Assembly: GCA_964016885.1 (NCBI GenBank)
Contig: OZ024746.1
Span: 100,254,001-100,318,000, forward strand
Length of the DNA stretch: 64,000 bases
Reading direction: 5' to 3'
Origin: Eledone cirrhosa
Taxonomy: Eukaryota
The position numbers and the translations under genes were made by a program. The first letter of the stretch is position 1. Every line of letters begins with the position of its first letter. A model generated the notes under the pieces. That model saw nothing but the letters and a program-made list of their open reading frames with translations. It was not told the DNA's origin and did no database searches. Positions 60,900-64,000 of this stretch are shown here, piece by piece.

Positions 60900-61320
60900 G
60901 TGAAGGCACGTGGCCTAGTGGTAAGAGTGTTGCACTTACAATATAACGTTGTGGGTTCGAGTCCTGGACTGGGTCAAGGCCGTCTTAACGCTTGGGCACG
61001 CTGGCCCGGGGGCCCATTTGTATTGTTATTCCTGTGAGTGTGTAAGTAAGGGCCCCAGTGCTCTGCTTTTCCCGGGGGGGAGGGCTATAATGCTGTTAAA
61101 ACGGCCATGGACTGGGTTGCGTGTTGTGTTCTTGAGCAAAACACTTCATTTCACGTTGCTCCAGTATACTCAGCTGAAAATGAGTACCTGTAATAGCTGG
61201 GCTTTAACACTGCGATGGACTGGCGTCCTGTCCAGGATGGCAGGGAGTCTTATACCCTCAGTAGCTTCACGCCTTGAAACCGGGATAAGCACCGGCTGAA
61301 CGCGCTGCTTGCAGCGCACG
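60900..61320 (+). mobile_element. CORE-like SINE interrupted by a hAT MITE (60975-61109)
   Basis: MITE TIRs caaggccgtcttaac / gttaaaacggccatg with a perfect 8-bp TSD gactgggt. Confidence 0.8.
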
Positions 61321-61839
61321 AGGGCATGGAAAAATGTACGTGACTGGTACTTTATTTTATTGAACCCTCGGAAGAAAGGTAAAGCTGAACTCAGCTGACC
61401 TCAGAATGTATAGGACTGTAATTAAATACCGCAAAACATTTCATCCGACGTCCTAACTATTCTGCAAATCTACGGCACAAGGCCAGCAATTTGAAAGGCA
61501 GGGAAAAGTTGATTAAATCGACTACAGTGCATTACTGGTACTTTATTTTATCGATCACCGTAAGGATGAAAGGCAAAGTTAACCTTGGCGGGATTTGAAT
61601 TCAGAACGTAAAGAGCTGTATCTCTATGCCACTAAGCATATTGATTAAAATATAATGGTTTCTTATATAGGCACAAGAGTATCATTTTCAAAGTGAAATT
61701 TGTCTGAACTTTCTCGCGTATTAAGATGTCACGTAAAGACATCCTTATGAAACATTATAGTTGCCGATATATGCCAACATCGCCTTCATTTTCGGTATAT
61801 ATTCAAGATGGAGCTATTCAATATAATATATCACTTTAA

Positions 61840-62563
61840 CCCTCAAGCATTTAAACCGGCATATCCGGCCAAAGTTCTCTCACCCCTTTCTCTTCAAACC
61901 AGCCATAACTGGCTGCCCATACTTATGTTAAGGTATTATTCTCAAAATAAATAATATCAAAATCTCATAGATTCGATATCATGTGAGATAATTGTGTGAG
62001 ATAAAGTGTTTACTGTGAAAATACAATAGTAAATATAGAGTAATGTAAATGTCATGTGAGATATTATGTGAGGTAAAGCCTTTACTGTGAAAATGCAATA
62101 GTATATATAGAGTAATGTAAATGTCATGTGAGATATTATGTGAGGTAAAGCCTTTACTGTGAAAATGCAATAGTATATATAGAGTAATGTAAATGTTATG
62201 TGAGATATTATGTGAGGTAAAGCCTTTACTGTGAAAATACAATAGTATATATAGAGTAATGTAAATGTCATGGGAGATATTATGTGAGGTAAAGCCTTTA
62301 CTGTGAAAATACAATAGTATATATAGAGTAATGTAAATGTCATGGGAGATATTATGTGAGGTAAAGCCTTTACTGTGAAAATACAATAGTATATATAGAG
62401 TAATGTAAATGTCATGGGAGATATTATGTGAGGTAAAGCCTTTACTGTGAAAATACAATAGTATATATAGAGTAATGTAAATGTCATGGGAGATATTATG
62501 TGAGGTAAAGCCTTTACTGTGAAAATACAATAGTATATATAGAGTAATGTAAATGCTAAAGCG
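61840..62563. mobile_element. piggyBac-like MITE with internal 72-bp tandem expansion (61981-62555, x8)
   Basis: TTAA|ccctcaagcattta ... taaatgctaaagcg|tta. Homologous to 496-860. Confidence 0.8.
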
Positions 62564-62619
62564 TTACAGGCGAAATTTATCAGAGCTTTCTCACACATTA
62601 AGAGGCCGCCTAGAAACGG

Positions 62620-63000
62620 TATGGGAGTATCGTCATAGACTAGAGGGAGCTGCAATGGACCTCCATCGGTTTCGACAGTGAGTGTTCTAGTAGTTTGATC
62701 AACGGTATTGCCTGCGCATGAAATCAATGTGTAAGTGGTTGAACATTCCGCAATAACGTGAAATCTTGACGTAATTCTCTGTGAGATTGTGTTGCCAAGG
62801 CTGAGTTTTTGAATTACGGGTAGGTACAATCCATCTGACAGGTTTTCAAACAGTTTCACTCAGTCTAAATTTAATAACAAGGCATGTGTTATCCAAAGCA
62901 ATGGTAAATGTGACTTGCCCAAGATGCTGAGGTGTCGAACACGGGACCTAATGGCCCTTCGCATAAAGTGGTTCGATCGACTTTCCACGTGGTGGATCAG
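62620..63000 (-). mobile_element. Old SINE-like repeat
   Basis: The minus strand shows a gttcgac B-box-like motif followed by a catcttgggcaagtcac CORE-like block. Confidence 0.5.
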
Positions 63001-63206
63001 GGATACGTGGGGGCTTGACACCCCCACAGCCCCACACCCCACCCCTTCTTAGTTAGGTCTCTTTCTTTTCCACTCTCAACCAAAATCCGTAAACCAGCAA
63101 TCCCCAAGTGGTGGTTTTATCAACTTAAATGTTCCTTTTCTAATTGTCAAATTTTATATTTTCTTCGTCTGTACTGATAACCTAAGTCAGTATTATCACT
63201 AACCAA

Positions 63207-63390
63207 GGGCAGTGGATTGGCAGTATCGGTAGAGGGTCGGACGCTTTGACGCATTGAGTTACGGCCCTTGCCATTCTGAGTTCAAATCCCGCCGAGGTTA
63301 ACTTTGCCTTTCATCCTTACGGGGTCGATAAAATAAAGTACCAGTAATGCACTGGGGTAATTGCTGGCCTTGTGCCTAAAGTAGAAACAT
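63207..63390 (+). mobile_element. tRNA-derived SINE, full-length copy
   Basis: Same family as 45-225. Confidence 0.85.
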
Positions 63391-63524
63391 TTCTTATCTC
63401 TAATCATCCACTTTTCTTCACACATGGAGTGACCTAAGTTATTGTGATAAGCCGAGCCAATATTCCTCTTACACCTTCGACGGTGCACCATTCCTTTAAA
63501 TATTCGTAATTTAATATTTAAATT

Positions 63525-63720
63525 ACTGGACAGATTTTATGGGCAAAACCAACCGGCAGGGGACCCATGAGCTTGGCTGGTTTCAGTTGGGGATCCAGTC
63601 GGATCAATTGGAGAGGGTTGCTTCTGACAAAACCCGCTGGAAGGAATGTTTGAGGACTCTGCTCCCAACGACACCCAAACGTGTCTACCAAGGTATTCCT
63701 TCTCACGGTATAACACAACC
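63525..63720 (+). mobile_element. RTE LINE C-terminal remnant
   Basis: LGWFQLGIQSDQLERVASDKTRWK..LRTLLP resembles RTE ORF ends. Confidence 0.5.
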
Positions 63721-64000
63721 TAAAATCACTGGGGTTGCTGTCCCTCCCCCTTAGAAACTAATTAAATGAATTGTTTTTGTGTGTGTGAAGAAGAAGAAGA
63801 AGAAGAAGAGGAGGAGGGGGGGAGGGAGAAATTTGACAAAATGTTCACTATCCCATCAAATTAATAGTGTTATGTCATGTGACTCCAAGCGATAATTTTT
63901 AATTGTCGTTGAAAGTCGCAATTAATTCTATTCGTCACCATATATATATATATATACTGTATATATAAATATATATATACAGTGTGTGTATATATATATA

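Noticed and set aside
61957-62859. 300-aa repeat protein ORF
   Set aside because: It spans an old SINE-like repeat and the 72-bp expansion inside a MITE.

Overview
AT-rich, repeat-dominated animal genomic DNA. The SINE and LINE repertoire and the huge (TA)n tracts resemble an octopus/cephalopod genome (inference). No intact host protein-coding gene is recognisable, and almost all long ORFs in the track are microsatellite artefacts. The window holds decayed retroelements: RTE LINEs (two with a PHD-type finger inside the RT), a CR1/L2-group LINE, CRE 3' ends, a near-full-length L1/Tx1 and Naiad-like Penelope elements. It also holds Helitron pieces, tRNA-derived SINEs, MITEs, a 9.5-kb 40-bp satellite with higher-order structure, several minisatellites born inside transposons, and a 200-N gap. 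The main unannotated signal is a set of fold-back (inverted-repeat plus one-sided tail) elements sitting in (TA)n tracts. At six loci they carry hand-foldable type I hammerhead ribozymes (CUGANGA...GAAA...UH) with different stem sequences, and four of these are mirrored on both strands. One flanks a Penelope GIY-YIG ORF; the others are non-coding. This points to a diverse Penelope-pLTR/retrozyme-like system associated with (TA)n.
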